A stretch of 64,000 nucleotides of DNA from Octopus vulgaris. Lineage: Eukaryota. The stretch covers positions 71,858,001 through 71,922,000 of the forward strand of contig OX597814.1 of assembly GCA_951406725.2 (NCBI GenBank), written 5' to 3'. Positions 1-21,395 of this stretch are shown here, piece by piece. The position numbers were made by a program, and so were the translations under genes. The notes beneath the pieces were generated by a model, which ran no database searches, was not told the origin of the DNA, and saw only the letters and a list, made by a program, of their open reading frames with translations. Within the stretch, counting starts at the first letter, position 1, and every line of letters starts with the position of its first letter.

Positions 1-4672
<4,672 letters not shown>

Positions 4673-4763
4673 ATTGATTGATTGATTGATTGATTCTAGT
4701 TTCAGCTTATGAGCTGTGGCCATGCTGGGGCACCGCCATTTGGTGTTGCTACTTGGTTTCACT

Positions 4764-7700
4764 TCATGGAGGCTTTCTAGCAGCTGCTATTTGGTGCATG
4801 AGAGAGTTCGATGCAGCTGCCCTCATCTGCCCCTCCTGCCGTGAAGTTGGTTCATCTGGGACACCTGACAGGAAGAGATCCAGCTTCATTTTAAAGACAT
4901 CTGTATCCACCCCATGCAGGTCTCTCAGGTTCTTCGGGAGGATATTGAAGAGCTGTGGGCCTCGGAAGCCCAGGCTATCACAGTATCTTGTCCTACATCT
5001 TGATGGCAGGTTTGGAGTCCTAGGCACCACGCAGTGGCGCCCAGTTCTGGCATTTGCGTAACTCTCGATGCCAAAGTTCAGGACACTTCCCTCCAGGATC
5101 TTCCAGATGTATATTATGGCATATCTTTCCCGCCTACGCTCCAGGGAATATAATTTTAATCTCTTGAGTCTTTCCCAGTAGCTTACATTCTGCATAGAGG
5201 CTATCTTCTTTGTGTAGCTTCGTTGGATCGCCTCAAGTTCTGTGATCAACTTGACACTGGATGGTGACCATAGCTGAGAGCAATAGTCAAAGTGGCTTAG
5301 GACAAGTGTCTTCCAGAGGACCATCATGGTTTCTTGTTCTCTTGTTCTAAAGGTTCTAAGAATCCATCCAGCCAGCCGTCTACATTTCATTGTCAGTTTA
5401 GCAACATGTACATGAAAGGTCGCGTCATCACTCATGTGAATACCCAGGTCACGCACTGATTGTGCCTCTGGGATTGCAATCCCTCCGGGTCCAGTGTATT
5501 CATTGGGTATTGCATTCAGTTTTGCATGCTGATAGTATAAAGCTTGAAACTTTCCAGCATTGAACTGCATGCTATTCTTTTCAGCCCACTTGTATATTTC
5601 GTCCAGCTCACATTGCAGGTGTTTAGTGTCCTCAGGGTTCTGTATTGCCTGTGAAACTTTTGTATCATCTGCATAACTTGTGATCGTGGCTCTCTGCGTG
5701 GCTGAGGGCATGTCTGAGAGGGCCATTATGAACAGTAGTGGTCCCAGAACAGTGCCCTGCGGAACACCGCTCACTATTTGTGTGTTAATGGAGGTGGCCC
5801 CATTGGCTACTACCACCTGACTTCTATCCTTCAGAAAGTCATGAAGCCATTCTCCCAGTTTTCCAACTATGTTGAGATCACGCAGTTTGTGACATATCAT
5901 TCCATGATCGACTTTATCAAAGGCCTTTGCAAAGTCGAGATATATCACTTCCACATTTGAGTGGTTGAGCAGCCGTTTCAGCACCCAGTCATAGTGTTGT
6001 AGGAGCTGAGTTAAACAGCTTCTCCCTGGTCGGAAACCATGTTGGGTGTCGGGCAGCAAGTCATTCTCTTCAAGGAAGGTGATCAGCTTCCTTCTGACTA
6101 TTCGTTCCATGACCTTGCTGATGTGTGAGGTCAGAGAGATAGGTCTATAGTTCTTGGCTTCCGCTCTGCTACCTCCTTTATGAATGGGGCATATTTTACC
6201 TTCCTTCAGTTTTCCTGGAAGTTTGCCAGCTGCAAGGAAGCTCTGAAAGAGGAACTGCAGTGGTCTTGCTAGGACTCTCTTACATGCTTTTAGGAGGATT
6301 GCCGGGAATCCATCGGGGCCAGTAGCTGAGTCTGTTTTCATTTCATCTATAGCCTTGGTTACATCGTCTTCCTTTATATCGATGTAATCTATCGTCGCCG
6401 CCTCTGATTTTATATCTGCAGTGGTAAAAAAGTCAGTTGGATTGGTGATTTGGAGATGCCCAAGGGGTGGAGTGAAAACACTCTTGAATTGCTCATTCAG
6501 TATTTCACTTACCCTCATTGGTTTTCCTGTAAGTGTGCCATCCTTTTCGAGGAGTGGCCCTATTCTACAGTGCACTGTAGCTGTTTCTTTGGCATACCTG
6601 TAGAAAGCTCTGGGGTTAGATTTTATGTTTTCTATAGCCCAGGCTTCTTTGTCTGCTCTTTCTTTTTCATGGGAGAGTTGCAGACATTTTTCGATTTCCA
6701 ACAGTTTTATTTTTAGGCGGGACTTTTCACTGCTTTCAATCTGTTTGTTTAGGCGATTTGAAAATTTCGTACGCCGTCTCATTAAAATTTTCCTCTCTCT
6801 GGGGATTTTGTTCTTGTGTACAGTGGCCTTTCTCTCTGGGACACATTTGTAGCATATGGCTTGCATTACAGACATGAATTGTTGAAGTTTCACGTCGATG
6901 TCTGGCGAGGAGAGACATTCAGGCCAGTTTTGTTTGAGGATCTCTTTCTCAATTTGTTTCCAGTTTGCCTTATGGTAGTTCAAGCTGGAAAGATTTTGAG
7001 GGTTTCTTGTAGGCTGCATGTCCGTGCTCTCTTTTGGCCCGTACATGGTCAGCTCTACCATGTTGTGATCCGAGAGTAGTGTCGGTGTCACTTTCACATT
7101 ATGGATGAGATCCATGTCATTTGTGAAGCAGAGATCCAGTGTGTTACCTGCCCTGGTTGGTTGGAGTATTACCTGCTCCATGTACAGGGTGTTGATGAGG
7201 TTCAGGAGGGACCTCGCCTGTCCTCGTTCACATCTTGTCATTCCTGGGAGAGAAAGGCCCTCGGGCCATCTGACATTGGGCAGATTGAAGTCTCCCATAA
7301 GAAGCACACCTATGTGTTGTTCTAATGTGGTTAGAATTTCTTCTATTTTTATAAGGCAGTCTTCGAACTTGCCCACATGGCTTGGGGCATCTGGAGGGCG
7401 ATATGTAGCACACACAACTACATCAAGTTGCCTAATATGTACAATTAGTGTGTCACACACCGAGTTTGAGTATGACAAGAGGACCTGGGGTGTGAGGTCC
7501 TCACGGATGTACATAGCAACACCTCCATGACTCCTTTCTTTCCTGTCGGTCCGTAGTACAGCATACTGTGGTATGTGTAACTCCGCATCTGCTATGTCTG
7601 GTTTCAGGTGCGTTTCTGTAAGTGCTATGCATAAGGCTTGATTGCATGCAACAAAGTCTCTCAGGAACGGGATCTTTGTCCTGTTACTGAGTGTTTGCAG

Positions 7701-7871
7701 TCCTCTGATGTTCAGTAGGAGTATCGAGGTGAGGTGTACGTTGTTGTTGCCGGCGGTGTCCATCCTGTGTCTGTTTGCTGTGGTGGTCTGGTATATAGTG
7801 GGTAGTCCCACCTGCGGGCTTGGGTTTGATGAAGCCAGGTCAGCTGCTGTACGATCTTTTGTGCCATGCAC
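4764..7871 (-). CDS. LINE ORF2 (APE endonuclease-reverse transcriptase), intact; first ATG at 7763
   Basis: [76 protein letters not shown]. Confidence 0.93.
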   Translation of the reverse strand: MHGTKDRTAADLASSNPSPQVGLPTIYQTTTANRHRMDTAGNNNVHLTSILLLNIRGLQTLSNRTKIPFLRDFVACNQALCIALTETHLKPDIADAELHIPQYAVLRTDRKERSHGGVAMYIREDLTPQVLLSYSNSVCDTLIVHIRQLDVVVCATYRPPDAPSHVGKFEDCLIKIEEILTTLEQHIGVLLMGDFNLPNVRWPEGLSLPGMTRCERGQARSLLNLINTLYMEQVILQPTRAGNTLDLCFTNDMDLIHNVKVTPTLLSDHNMVELTMYGPKESTDMQPTRNPQNLSSLNYHKANWKQIEKEILKQNWPECLSSPDIDVKLQQFMSVMQAICYKCVPERKATVHKNKIPRERKILMRRRTKFSNRLNKQIESSEKSRLKIKLLEIEKCLQLSHEKERADKEAWAIENIKSNPRAFYRYAKETATVHCRIGPLLEKDGTLTGKPMRVSEILNEQFKSVFTPPLGHLQITNPTDFFTTADIKSEAATIDYIDIKEDDVTKAIDEMKTDSATGPDGFPAILLKACKRVLARPLQFLFQSFLAAGKLPGKLKEGKICPIHKGGSRAEAKNYRPISLTSHISKVMERIVRRKLITFLEENDLLPDTQHGFRPGRSCLTQLLQHYDWVLKRLLNHSNVEVIYLDFAKAFDKVDHGMICHKLRDLNIVGKLGEWLHDFLKDRSQVVVANGATSINTQIVSGVPQGTVLGPLLFIMALSDMPSATQRATITSYADDTKVSQAIQNPEDTKHLQCELDEIYKWAEKNSMQFNAGKFQALYYQHAKLNAIPNEYTGPGGIAIPEAQSVRDLGIHMSDDATFHVHVAKLTMKCRRLAGWILRTFRTREQETMMVLWKTLVLSHFDYCSQLWSPSSVKLITELEAIQRSYTKKIASMQNVSYWERLKRLKLYSLERRRERYAIIYIWKILEGSVLNFGIESYANARTGRHCVVPRTPNLPSRCRTRYCDSLGFRGPQLFNILPKNLRDLHGVDTDVFKMKLDLFLSGVPDEPTSRQEGQMRAAASNSLMHQIAAARKPP

Positions 7872-8127
7872 AAAAAAGATTGTTGCTCAGCAGCTGCTCT
7901 TTCGACAACATCATGTTGGCTGTTTGTGGCGCGCACAACATCTGCGTACCTCCGCTTTGGGGCAGGTGGTGCGTAGTCCATCCCTTTTCTTTGTGTTGAT
8001 GGTTTGTCCATCTGCCTCGTGTCTCTGTGGCAGGGTCCCCGATGTGCAAAGCGGCAGCCTGCACCTTCCTTTCCGTGCCAGCAGGAACCTCTCAGGTAGA
8101 ACATACACACCCGTGTGCGCTGTTTGG
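7712..8127 (-). CDS. LINE ORF1 C-terminal remnant with CCCH zinc finger
   Basis: [22 protein letters not shown] (C-x7-C-x8-C-x3-H); homologous to 17448-18056. Confidence 0.75.
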
Positions 8128-10737
<2,610 letters not shown>

Positions 10738-12431
10738 AACTTAGCACTTCCACTATTATTAATTTTTTAACTCCCTTCTTTAACTAACTATACCTGTGGT
10801 CTTCTATAATTCCAAAGTATACAACTTATAAATTTATAATTTTATAATTTTTATAGCTACATTTGTATAATAATAATAGATGTGTCGAGTATTATTTGTT
10901 TCTTGTTTTTGTATGTGGGTTTTTGTTTGTTTTTTAAGGTAAATGTAATATGACAGGAAATAACATATTCATTTTGGTATTTGCCTTGTAATATGTGATT
11001 TTTGAAGTTTTCTAATATTGCATAGTATATTGCATAGTATATATGTATATCTTGGTTAGATACCTAGCTCTAGATAATGTAATGTTATTGTATAATATGT
11101 AATATAGGAGAGCCTTTTATGGGTTTGGTGTGTTTAGGTTGAGAATATAGGTTTTTTGTATGTGTTTATTTGGAAGGTTTTTATTGTATATTTGGTCTTT
11201 CTTTGTACTCACCTTAATTTGTATCTTATGCTATTTACTAATAAACCTTTTTCATTTTTTCATTTTTTTCATTTTTTCATTTACATACATTTGGCTTTAT
11301 AAATATTACCAGCCTTATATATTTAGTTTATATCTATAGTCCTCTGGATCTGTACTTTAAATTATCCTTCCATACATATTTACCTTTAACAATATAACAT
11401 ATATATTCACTTTATTTATTTTTTATTTTATTGTATTGTTATCAATCTCTGCATTTAGTCTTCTAATTATTTATTTATTTGCCTATTTAAGTGTGGATGT
11501 TTACATACATATCAAGTCATCTAATTTGTTATCTATTTATTTTTTACTTATTTACTTATACTAGGGTAGTTTTATACATACATATCTATCATTTATTTTT
11601 ATTTAAATTTTAATAATATATGTATACATATATACTGGTTTGTACTTATAATATGTGTATAACCGTATTTATTCCTTCGTGTTTATTCCTTCTTATTTAT
11701 TTTATCGCATTTTATCTTAAGTATTTATAATATAAATTTTTTAAAAATTTCTGTGATGTTCTCATAAGCGTTTACATTAGTACTTCCCCTTCTATTTTTT
11801 AATACCTAAACTGGTATATTATGGCATTAAATTTATTAAGTAAATATGTGATTTATTTATAATACATAAATTAATATATATTTTATATTTTTTATTTTAT
11901 ATTTTAGCGTACTTGGAATCATAACAAACTTACGATAAATCTAACAACCGTATGTTTACTATGCAACAAACCGGTGTTATAAATTTTAAGTTACCCATGA
12001 AATAATTATCTGACTTAGTAACATACTGATATTTAAAAATATATTTATATCTAAATTAAATATTTTATGAAAGGCATGGATGGTTCTTTTTCGTTATTTG
12101 AAGCACAGTTATAATTTTGTAGGACTAAATGGTAGCATAGTTGCTTCCCTTTTTGTTTATCTATGTGCTAGTTGTTGCTTGTGATTATGTATGCGTATAA
12201 GTGTATGTATATACATATAACTATGTGTGTATGTGCGATTGATCTGTAGATGCGTGTGTGAATATTGGCGTTCCTTGACTAACCAACCGTATAATTTTCT
12301 TTTGTGATTTAAATTTCAAACCAATAGCCAATCGAATTAATCTAAATTTTCTTTACCTAGTGGTCAGCATTTCTAAACTCATAGTTATTTCGTTCTTGAA
12401 AGGATGGACTTTGTGCAAACTTAACTGTATC

Positions 12432-12477
<46 letters not shown>

Positions 12478-12830
12478 ATTAATAGTAATTTTTATTAACT
12501 TTTATAGCTTTAGAATTTTATGAACTGAACCATGGTTTTAATTATTATTTTTCATCTCCCTATGTGTTAGGTTTTTTTTTTTTTAAAAAAAATATTAGCC
12601 AAATATGTATAATATCGGTACTTATTAATATTAATATTAATATATACACTGATATATATTTTGTTTTATTTTGTTCTGTTTACCTTCCTTTATTGTACCA
12701 ATGTGTATTATATTATATAAGTGTAGCATTATGATGTATAAGTTTTTATATTTTACATTTTTATATTTTTATATTTATATGTATATGATTATATAATATT
12801 TTTCACAATTATAACAAATTTAATTTAATT

Positions 12831-12938
12831 CTCTGAAGAGGCCGTGGGGCATCCTTGTTAATGCCTCATTTATACCTGCCTTTATGGCTTATAGGTTAAA
12901 TGAGGTATGACTGCCCTCACTGCCGAAACAGCTGTCAG
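12831..12938 (+). ncRNA. Type-I hammerhead ribozyme with extended stem II
   Basis: CTGAAGA (12833-39), ggc..gcc closing an 85-nt stem II, GAAA (12925-28), palindromic ACAGCTGT stem III, GUC triplet (cut after 12936). Stem I is weak. Confidence 0.8.
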
Positions 12939-13129
12939 TTTTGATTAATTGCATATTATATTTGAAATTTTTTACTTATATCTCTTTATCTTTTTACTAT
13001 TAATGTATATCTCTTTTTGTATAATGCCTCTACTCATATGTAATGGTGTATTAAAGTATTGATTGGGTATCATCGGATAGTTGATGTTTTATTGATTTAA
13101 GTATGTTTCTCCATTCTCTAATTTTGTAG

Positions 13130-14426
<1,297 letters not shown>

Positions 14427-14505
14427 TCTTTACTCTTTACTCTTTTACTTGTTTCAGCCATCCGGCTGAGGCCATGCTGGGGCACCGCCCTTGTTGCTAC
14501 CCTCT

Positions 14506-17500
14506 CTAAGTCCAGTTTGCCGTGGCTGGCCACTGATCTAAGAGAGAGTTTGTAGCTGCTGCCCTTAGGTTACCTTCGTACCTTGCAGTGGGTTCATCTG
14601 GGATCCCGGAAAGCAGCTTGTCTAGATGTTTTTTGAAAATGTCCACATCCGCATCATGTAGATCTCTTAGTTTTCTTGGCAGTTTGTTGAAAAGCTGAGG
14701 GCCCCTGAACCCCAGGCTATTACAGTATCTGCTCCTTACCCTGGATGTGGAAGACGGGACCTTTGGCACCACACAGTGACGTCCTGTACGGGGATTGGAA
14801 CAGCTCTCAATTCCAAAATTTGGTGCTAGTCCCTCCAGGATTTTCCATATGTATATCACTGCATATCTCTCTCGTCTTCGTTCCAAGGAGTACAAATTGA
14901 GTTCCCTAAGCCTCTCCCAATAGTTCTTTTCTTTCATGGTGGAAATCCTCTTGGTGAAATGTCTTTGGATTGTCTCAAGCTCTGTGGTTAGTTTGACACT
15001 ATGCGGTGACCACAGTTGGGAGCAGTAGTCCAGGCGGCTTAGGACAAATGTCCTCCATAGTGTCAACATGGTCTCGCAGTCTCTTGTCCGGAATGTCCTC
15101 AGGATCCAGCCAGTGAGTCGTCTGCACATTGTCGCCACCTTCGCGATGTGTGAAGAAAAAGATGCATCGTCACTCATGTCTATCCCCAGGTCCCGTATTG
15201 ATTTCGATACTGGGATTTCGATCCCTCCTGGACCAGTATAGTTGTGTTGTAATGTATATGTGTTTACAGCTTGATATTGTAAGGCTTGAAATTTACCAGC
15301 ATTAAATTGCATGTTGTTGTCTTCAGCCCATTTGTATATGGCATCCAGATCTTGTTGTAAAAGGTCAGCATCAGCTGGGTTTTTGATTGCCTGTGCTACC
15401 TTTGTGTCATCAGCATAGCTAGTGAGGGATGTTGTTTGTGCTACCAAGGGCATGTCAGAGAGCGCCACCAAAAACAGCAAGGGTCCCAAGACTGTGCCCT
15501 GTGGCACCCCGCTTGCTATTGGTGTCTTTCCCGAGAGGGCTCCATTGGCTGCAACCATCTGGCTTCTGTCCTTCAGGAAGTCATGTATCCACTCACCTAC
15601 TTTTCCTGTTATGCCGAGTCTGAGTAATTTGTGACATATCACTCCGTGGTCGACTTTGTCAAAGGCCTTCGCAAAGTCGAGATATACCACATCCACCTGT
15701 GAGCGATCCAGTAGTTGTTTCAGTACCCAGTCGTAGTGTTGTAACAGCTGCGTAAGGCAGCTTCTTCCTGGGCGAAAGCCATGCTGTGTGTCAGTGAGAC
15801 GGTTAGTTTCTTCGAGGAACGTGATCAGTTTTTTTCTGATGATTCGTTCCATGACCTTACTTATGTGTGACGTCAGGGAGACTGGCCTGTAGTTTTTGGC
15901 CTCTGCTCTACTCCCTCCTTTGTGGATAGGGCATATGGTGCCTTCTTTTAGCGCCCTGGGCAGTTTACCGTTAGCCAAGGAACCACTGAAGAGCTTCTTC
16001 AGTGGTCCCGCTAGGGCATGCCTGCATGTTTTTAGGAGGACTGCTGGGAATCCATCTGGTCCAGCAGCTGAGTTTATTCTCATTTCTTCTATGGCAGATA
16101 TTACATCCCTCTCTGTTATGTCTATGTGGTCGATGGTTGTTGTTTGGTTTTGGAGTGTTGTGGCATCAAAGAAAACTTCTGGGTTTGTGATTTGCATGTG
16201 CCCCAGAGGGGATGTGAACACACTTTTATACTGTTCCTTTAGTATTTCACTTATCCCTTGGGGGTCCTCAGTTAGAGAGCCCTTTTTATCAAAGAGTGGG
16301 CCAATCTTGCAGTGTACCGAGGTGGTTTCTTTCGCAAATTTAAAGAAGGCTTTAGGGTTTGTTTTAATATTCTCTATGGCCCTGGCTTCTCTCTCTGCCC
16401 TCTCCTTCTCATAGGAAAGTTTGAGTGCAGTTTCCGTTTCAAAAAGTTTCAGGTGGAGTCCCTCATTGTTTCTCTGCCGTGCATTCAGTTGCTTCGAGAG
16501 CTTAGCTCTTCGCCTCATAAGTATTTTCCTGTCTCTGGGAATAACGTTCCTATGCCCGCTGGCTTTTTTCTCCGGGACAAACTTATGGCATATGTTCTGT
16601 ATTGTTGTCATGAAATGTTGGAAATGTGTGTTGGTGTCTTGTGTGGTGATGAAGTCACTCCAGTCATGTTTTCGGATCTCTTCGTTGATCTTCTTCCAGT
16701 TTGCCTTATGGAAGTTTAGACTGGATAGGCCTGTGGTATTTTCTAATGGCTGCGTCTCAACTAACTCTCTCATACCATATATCATTACCTCTACTAAGTT
16801 GTGATCTGAGAGAATTGTTGGTGTTACCATTATGTTGTGGATGAGCATCGGGTTGCTTGTGAAACAGAGGTCCAAGACATTCTCACCTCTTGTTGGCCAA
16901 AGCACTGCTTGTTCCATGAAAAACTTGCGTGTGAGAGCCAACAAGGACTCTGTCTGTCTCTGTTCAAGTGATGTCATTCCAGGGAGGAGATGGCCATCTG
17001 GCCATTTGACTTTCGGAAGGTTAAAATCTCCCAGCAGTAGAATGGTGTTACCCTGGTCCAGTTTGTCCAGGACTTCTTCTATTCTTCTGAGGCTATCTTC
17101 AAACACTCCTTCATGACTAGGGGTGTCTGGTGGCCGATATGTGACACATATTACTATTTTCGGTTGTTTCATGTGTACTATCAGTGTGTCACAGACTGAG
17201 TTTGAGTGTGTCAACAGTACTATGGGTGTGACATCTTCACGGACGTACAGGGCAACCCCACCATGAGTTCTTTCCTTCCTGTCTGACCGAAAAACAGTAT
17301 ACTTTGGTATGTGTATTTCTGCATCTGCTATACTGCTTGACAGGTGCGTTTCAGTCAGCGCTATGCATATAGCATGATTGCTTGTGCTTAAGTCCCTAAG
17401 GTAAGGAATTTTACTCATATTAGTGGGTTTCACCAGACCTCTGACATTCAGCAGAAGCACTGGTGAGATATTTGGGGTGTCAATAAAGGCTGTCGGTGTG

Positions 17501-17529
17501 GCACCTGGGCTGGTGTCAGCGGTGGCCAC
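14506..17529 (-). CDS. LINE ORF2 (APE-RT), intact; no ATG before the first APE motif
   Basis: Same motif set as 4764-7871; the called start is GTG. Confidence 0.92.
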   Translation of the reverse strand: MATADTSPGATPTAFIDTPNISPVLLLNVRGLVKPTNMSKIPYLRDLSTSNHAICIALTETHLSSSIADAEIHIPKYTVFRSDRKERTHGGVALYVREDVTPIVLLTHSNSVCDTLIVHMKQPKIVICVTYRPPDTPSHEGVFEDSLRRIEEVLDKLDQGNTILLLGDFNLPKVKWPDGHLLPGMTSLEQRQTESLLALTRKFFMEQAVLWPTRGENVLDLCFTSNPMLIHNIMVTPTILSDHNLVEVMIYGMRELVETQPLENTTGLSSLNFHKANWKKINEEIRKHDWSDFITTQDTNTHFQHFMTTIQNICHKFVPEKKASGHRNVIPRDRKILMRRRAKLSKQLNARQRNNEGLHLKLFETETALKLSYEKERAEREARAIENIKTNPKAFFKFAKETTSVHCKIGPLFDKKGSLTEDPQGISEILKEQYKSVFTSPLGHMQITNPEVFFDATTLQNQTTTIDHIDITERDVISAIEEMRINSAAGPDGFPAVLLKTCRHALAGPLKKLFSGSLANGKLPRALKEGTICPIHKGGSRAEAKNYRPVSLTSHISKVMERIIRKKLITFLEETNRLTDTQHGFRPGRSCLTQLLQHYDWVLKQLLDRSQVDVVYLDFAKAFDKVDHGVICHKLLRLGITGKVGEWIHDFLKDRSQMVAANGALSGKTPIASGVPQGTVLGPLLFLVALSDMPLVAQTTSLTSYADDTKVAQAIKNPADADLLQQDLDAIYKWAEDNNMQFNAGKFQALQYQAVNTYTLQHNYTGPGGIEIPVSKSIRDLGIDMSDDASFSSHIAKVATMCRRLTGWILRTFRTRDCETMLTLWRTFVLSRLDYCSQLWSPHSVKLTTELETIQRHFTKRISTMKEKNYWERLRELNLYSLERRRERYAVIYIWKILEGLAPNFGIESCSNPRTGRHCVVPKVPSSTSRVRSRYCNSLGFRGPQLFNKLPRKLRDLHDADVDIFKKHLDKLLSGIPDEPTARYEGNLRAAATNSLLDQWPATANWT

Positions 17530-18056
17530 CCTGGGTCCCTTGATTGTGGTGGTCTTGAGTGCTGTTGTGAGTGCCCCTGGCTCTGAAGACGATGTATCCA
17601 GGCCAGTTGTCCCACAATTTTCTCTGCTATTTCCACAAAATTTCTTTGTTCTGCTGCCGCCGTCTGCATTTCCTCTGCAAATGTGCGCCTTCTCCTTGTT
17701 GGGGCATTACGCACTATGTCTGCATATTTCTGGGGCAGCTTGTATTTGTTCTGGTTTTGGTTTCGGTCTTGGTTTTGGTTAAGGCATTTTGGTCGAGTGG
17801 GTTTGATGCAATTTGCATAGGGCCTGGGATGAGCGAACCTGCATCCTTCCCCTGTTTCTCCATGCCAGCAGGTTCCATTCCGGAAGAATTTGCATGTTAT
17901 CTGGGTTTTCTTGTCCCCAGTTCCTCTCTGTTTTTTCTTCCTCCGTTGGACGGTTGTCCACTGGTTCCTTTCTGCATAGGTATTTTCATCCGGGTGGTTA
18001 TTTTCCGTTTCCCCATCGCCGCCTATCTGTTGTTTGCCCTGCTTGCCTTCTTCGAC
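17448..18056 (-). CDS. LINE ORF1 C-terminal part: basic RRKKK stretch and CCCH zinc finger
   Basis: WTTVQRRKKKQR; CKFFRNGTCWHGETGEGCRFAH; YADIVR matches YADVVR of subfamily A. Confidence 0.78.
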   Translation of the reverse strand, partial: VEEGKQGKQQIGGDGETENNHPDENTYAERNQWTTVQRRKKKQRGTGDKKTQITCKFFRNGTCWHGETGEGCRFAHPRPYANCIKPTRPKCLNQNQDRNQNQNKYKLPQKYADIVRNAPTRRRRTFAEEMQTAAAEQRNFVEIAEKIVGQLAWIHRLQSQGHSQQHSRPPQSRDPGWPPLTPAQVPHRQPLLTPQISHQCFC

Positions 18057-18223
18057 ATATATATATATATATATATGTCCTGTACTCACGTATATATATT
18101 TATATATGCATGTATATATACATGTAGATGTACATACATATATATGTATTTATGCATATATTTTATTTATTACACTATTGTATGACTGAGCGCCCTCGCA
18201 TCGTTTCATTTCCTCCAAGTAAG

Positions 18224-18287
<64 letters not shown>

Positions 18288-18292
<5 letters not shown>

Positions 18293-18393
18293 GTGGTTTT
18301 GTCTCTAATTTAATATAATATAATATTTTACTATAAAATTGGATTCAATCCTAAATCTGATTTTTTCCCAAATTTGGATTTATTCCCTAATAT

Positions 18394-18457
<64 letters not shown>

Positions 18458-18926
18458 ATAATAATAATAAATATTAGGGAATAAATCCAAATTTACAGGG
18501 AAAAATCAGATTTAGGATTGAATCCAATTTTATAGTAAAATATTATATTATATTAAATTAGAGACAAAACCACTATTATGCAAATCAAACAAAGAAAGAC
18601 TTAAGCCAATACATAAAATAATTTATATAAATTCAAATTTAACAATTATAAATAACCACTATGATCGTTTCGTGTCAGCACATCTTTGAGACATTCTTCA
18701 GGTGGTTTCAAAACCTTCTTGCCGAGTTTTAAAGTTCATAGTTTAAAACTCGGCAAGAAGGTTTTGAAACCACCTGAAGAATGTCTCAAAGATGTGCTGA
18801 CACGAAACGATCGTAGTGGTTATTTATAATTGTTAAATTTTAATTTATATAAATTATTTTATGTATTGGCTTAAGTCTTTCTTTGTTTGATTTGCATAAT
18901 AGTGGTTTTGTCTCTAATTTAATTTA

Positions 18927-18934
<8 letters not shown>
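18288..18934. repeat. Compound inverted repeat of a Penelope-type terminus carrying a hammerhead
   Basis: Arms ~18541-18733 and ~18742-18934 are near-perfect reverse complements; 18288-18408 is an inverted copy of ~18455-18578. Confidence 0.85.
18768..18821 (+). ncRNA. Minimal type-I hammerhead ribozyme
   Basis: aaccac-CTGAAGA-a tgtc..gaca c-GAAA-cgatcg-TA-gtggtt; palindromic stem III ACGATCGT; cut after 18815. Confidence 0.85.
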
Positions 18935-18983
<49 letters not shown>

Positions 18984-18984
<1 letters not shown>

Positions 18985-19763
18985 TGTATATGTAAAAAAA
19001 CACAAACTGGGACATGAACGCAAAACATTTAGAAGACGATACAAAAAAACGGACAGGACATTCGAAGCCTTCGATCTTCAGTCAAGAACTGGATCATCTT
19101 CACAATTTCGGCTGATTAATCTTGAGATTGCTCCGACCTGGCCAGCCCCAAAGGAAAATCTAAGCCAAGCGCATTAGATTCCTTAGAAGAAAGCCTCGAA
19201 TGTATACAAAACAAGGACGGGAACGAATAATACAAAAATACGTAAAAATAATGATAAGACGAATAAGAATACGAAAATACGTAAAAACAATAATGATAAT
19301 AATAATAACAAAAACAGGACATTACAGACAGGCGTCTTTTCGACAGGACGGGTGAACTTGAGCTGGCGCATTGAAAAAATGCCTTGAGGCGAAGAGAGAA
19401 ATTAGTTTGTCTAGCCTAGACGGCCGTTGACCGCGAAAAGGCAGGACAGCAGTCCAAAGTTAGTCATGTGTGAGGAGAAGAGAGGGGAGAAAAGAGGGAC
19501 AGAGGAAGAGAGAAAAACGGAACAACGAACAAAGGAGGAGGAGAAGAGAGAGAGAGAGAGAAAGAGACAGGTCAAAGTAGAGTGCAAAGTGTGAAAGGCA
19601 GAGAAATGTAGGAGAGGGGAGAGAGAGACAGTGTTATAGAGTCGTACCATGTTTTAGAGAAAAATGCCCCACATACAAGATCAAAAGGGGTACGGACGCC
19701 ACCATATAATATGTATATGTAAAAAAACACAAACTGGGACAAGAACGCAAAACATTTAGAAGA

Positions 19764-19768
<5 letters not shown>
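18984..19768 (-). mobile_element. Non-coding 727-bp unit with ~58-bp terminal direct repeat (pLTR/retrozyme-like)
   Basis: atgtatatgtaaaaaaacacaaactgggaca..gaagacgata at 18984 and again at 19711; TA-rich flanks; hammerhead-like motifs at 19075-19131. Confidence 0.6.
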
Positions 19769-19794
<26 letters not shown>

Positions 19795-19797
<3 letters not shown>

Positions 19798-21395
19798 CCA
19801 AAGATAAACCCCTATACTTGGCTTTTGTGAACTTGGAGAAGCCTTTGACAGAGTCCACCAATCCCTTATCTGGTGGGCAAAGTGGAAACTGGAGATCGAT
19901 GAATAAGGGCTGTACATGCCCTGTACAGAGATGCTATTAGTAAGGTTAGGGTTGGCAATGAGTATAGTGAAGAATTCCAGGTAGAAGTAGGAGTCCACCA
20001 TGGATCAGCCCTCAGCTCCCTCTTAATCATCATAGTCCTCCAAGTAATAACAGAGGAATTCAAGACAGGTTGCCGCTGGGGGCTCCTCTATGCTGATGAC
20101 CTGGCCCTCATAGCAGAATCACTACCAGAACTAGAGAAGAAATTTCAGGTGTGGAAGCAAGGTTTAGAATCAAAGAGTCTTAGAGTCAATGTTGCAAAGA
20201 CCAAAGTTCTACTAAGGAGGAAGGCAAACACATCACACACCCCTTCAGGTAGGTGGTCCTGCTGGATCTGTAGAAGATGTGTAGGTAGAAACACCATAAG
20301 ATGTACCAGTGTAAGCTATAAGCACATAAGAGGTGCAACAACATCGAAGAAATATTAACTGGGAAAATAGCTTTCCTGTGCAGCAGATACACAAGGGTCA
20401 ATAAACACCACAGATGCTCAGAAAACAGATTGTATCACATACCAGAGGGAGGAACCAGAAGTAGTCGAGAGCTTCCACTACCAAGGGTGACCAAGTTTGT
20501 AGTGGAGGGTGGATGCTTAGAGAATGTTACCACTAGAATAAGAATAGCCTGGGCTAAGTTCAGAAAGCTTCTACCTCTACTGGTAATAAAGGGCCTCTCG
20601 CTCAGAGTGAAAGATTGTATGATGCATGTGTGTCAACTGTCATGCTTCACGGCAGTGAAACATGGGCCAAGACTGCTGAAAACATGCAAAGCTCGAAAGA
20701 CATTAGCTAGCATGATGTACTGGATGTATAATGTCAGTGTGCATACACAACAGAGTGTAAGCACCCTGAGATAAATATTGGACATAAAAAGCATTAAATG
20801 TGGCATGAAAGAGAGACGTTTGCATTTGTATCGTCATGTACTACAGATAGATAAGGAGATCTGTGTGAAGATGTGCCACTCCCAAAAAGTTGAAGGAATC
20901 CTAGGTAGAGGGAGACCCAGGAAGACATGGGATGAGGAGGTGAAGCATGACCTTTAAACGTTGGGCCTCACAGACGTAATGGCGAAAGACCGAGACCTCT
21001 GAAGATATGTTGTGTCTCAGAAGATTAGGCAAATAAAGTGAGTTCACATCTGTAACCTACACCAGTGTCACATAACCAGACCACCCAAAAAGTACCTTTG
21101 GATTGTAAGGTGACATGCCGAGCTTGAGGAGATCTATTGATTTTGATCTACATCAAAATCAAAATCAAATCAAATCAAATCAAATCAAATCAAATCACAA
21201 AAAGCACCATTCCAGGCCCCTCCAGCCTGTGTCGGTGGCATGTAAATAAGCATCTACTAGAGTGGTTGGTGGTAGAAAGGGCATCCAGCAGTAGAAACAC
21301 TGCCAGATCAAAGTGGAGCCTGGAGCAGCCTTCTAGCTTCCCAGAGCCCAATAAAAGCATCCAACCCATGCCAGCATGGAAAACAGACGTTAAAC
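19795..21395 (+). mobile_element. Decayed RTE LINE, 3' half plus 3' UTR
   Basis: VNLEKPLT/GVHHGS/LYADDL remnants; 3' UTR ends ccaacccatgccagcatggaaaacagacgttaa. Confidence 0.88.

Noticed and set aside
15422-17116. Antisense ORFs over the LINE ORF2s
   Set aside because: Shadow ORFs of coding sequence with no independent motifs.
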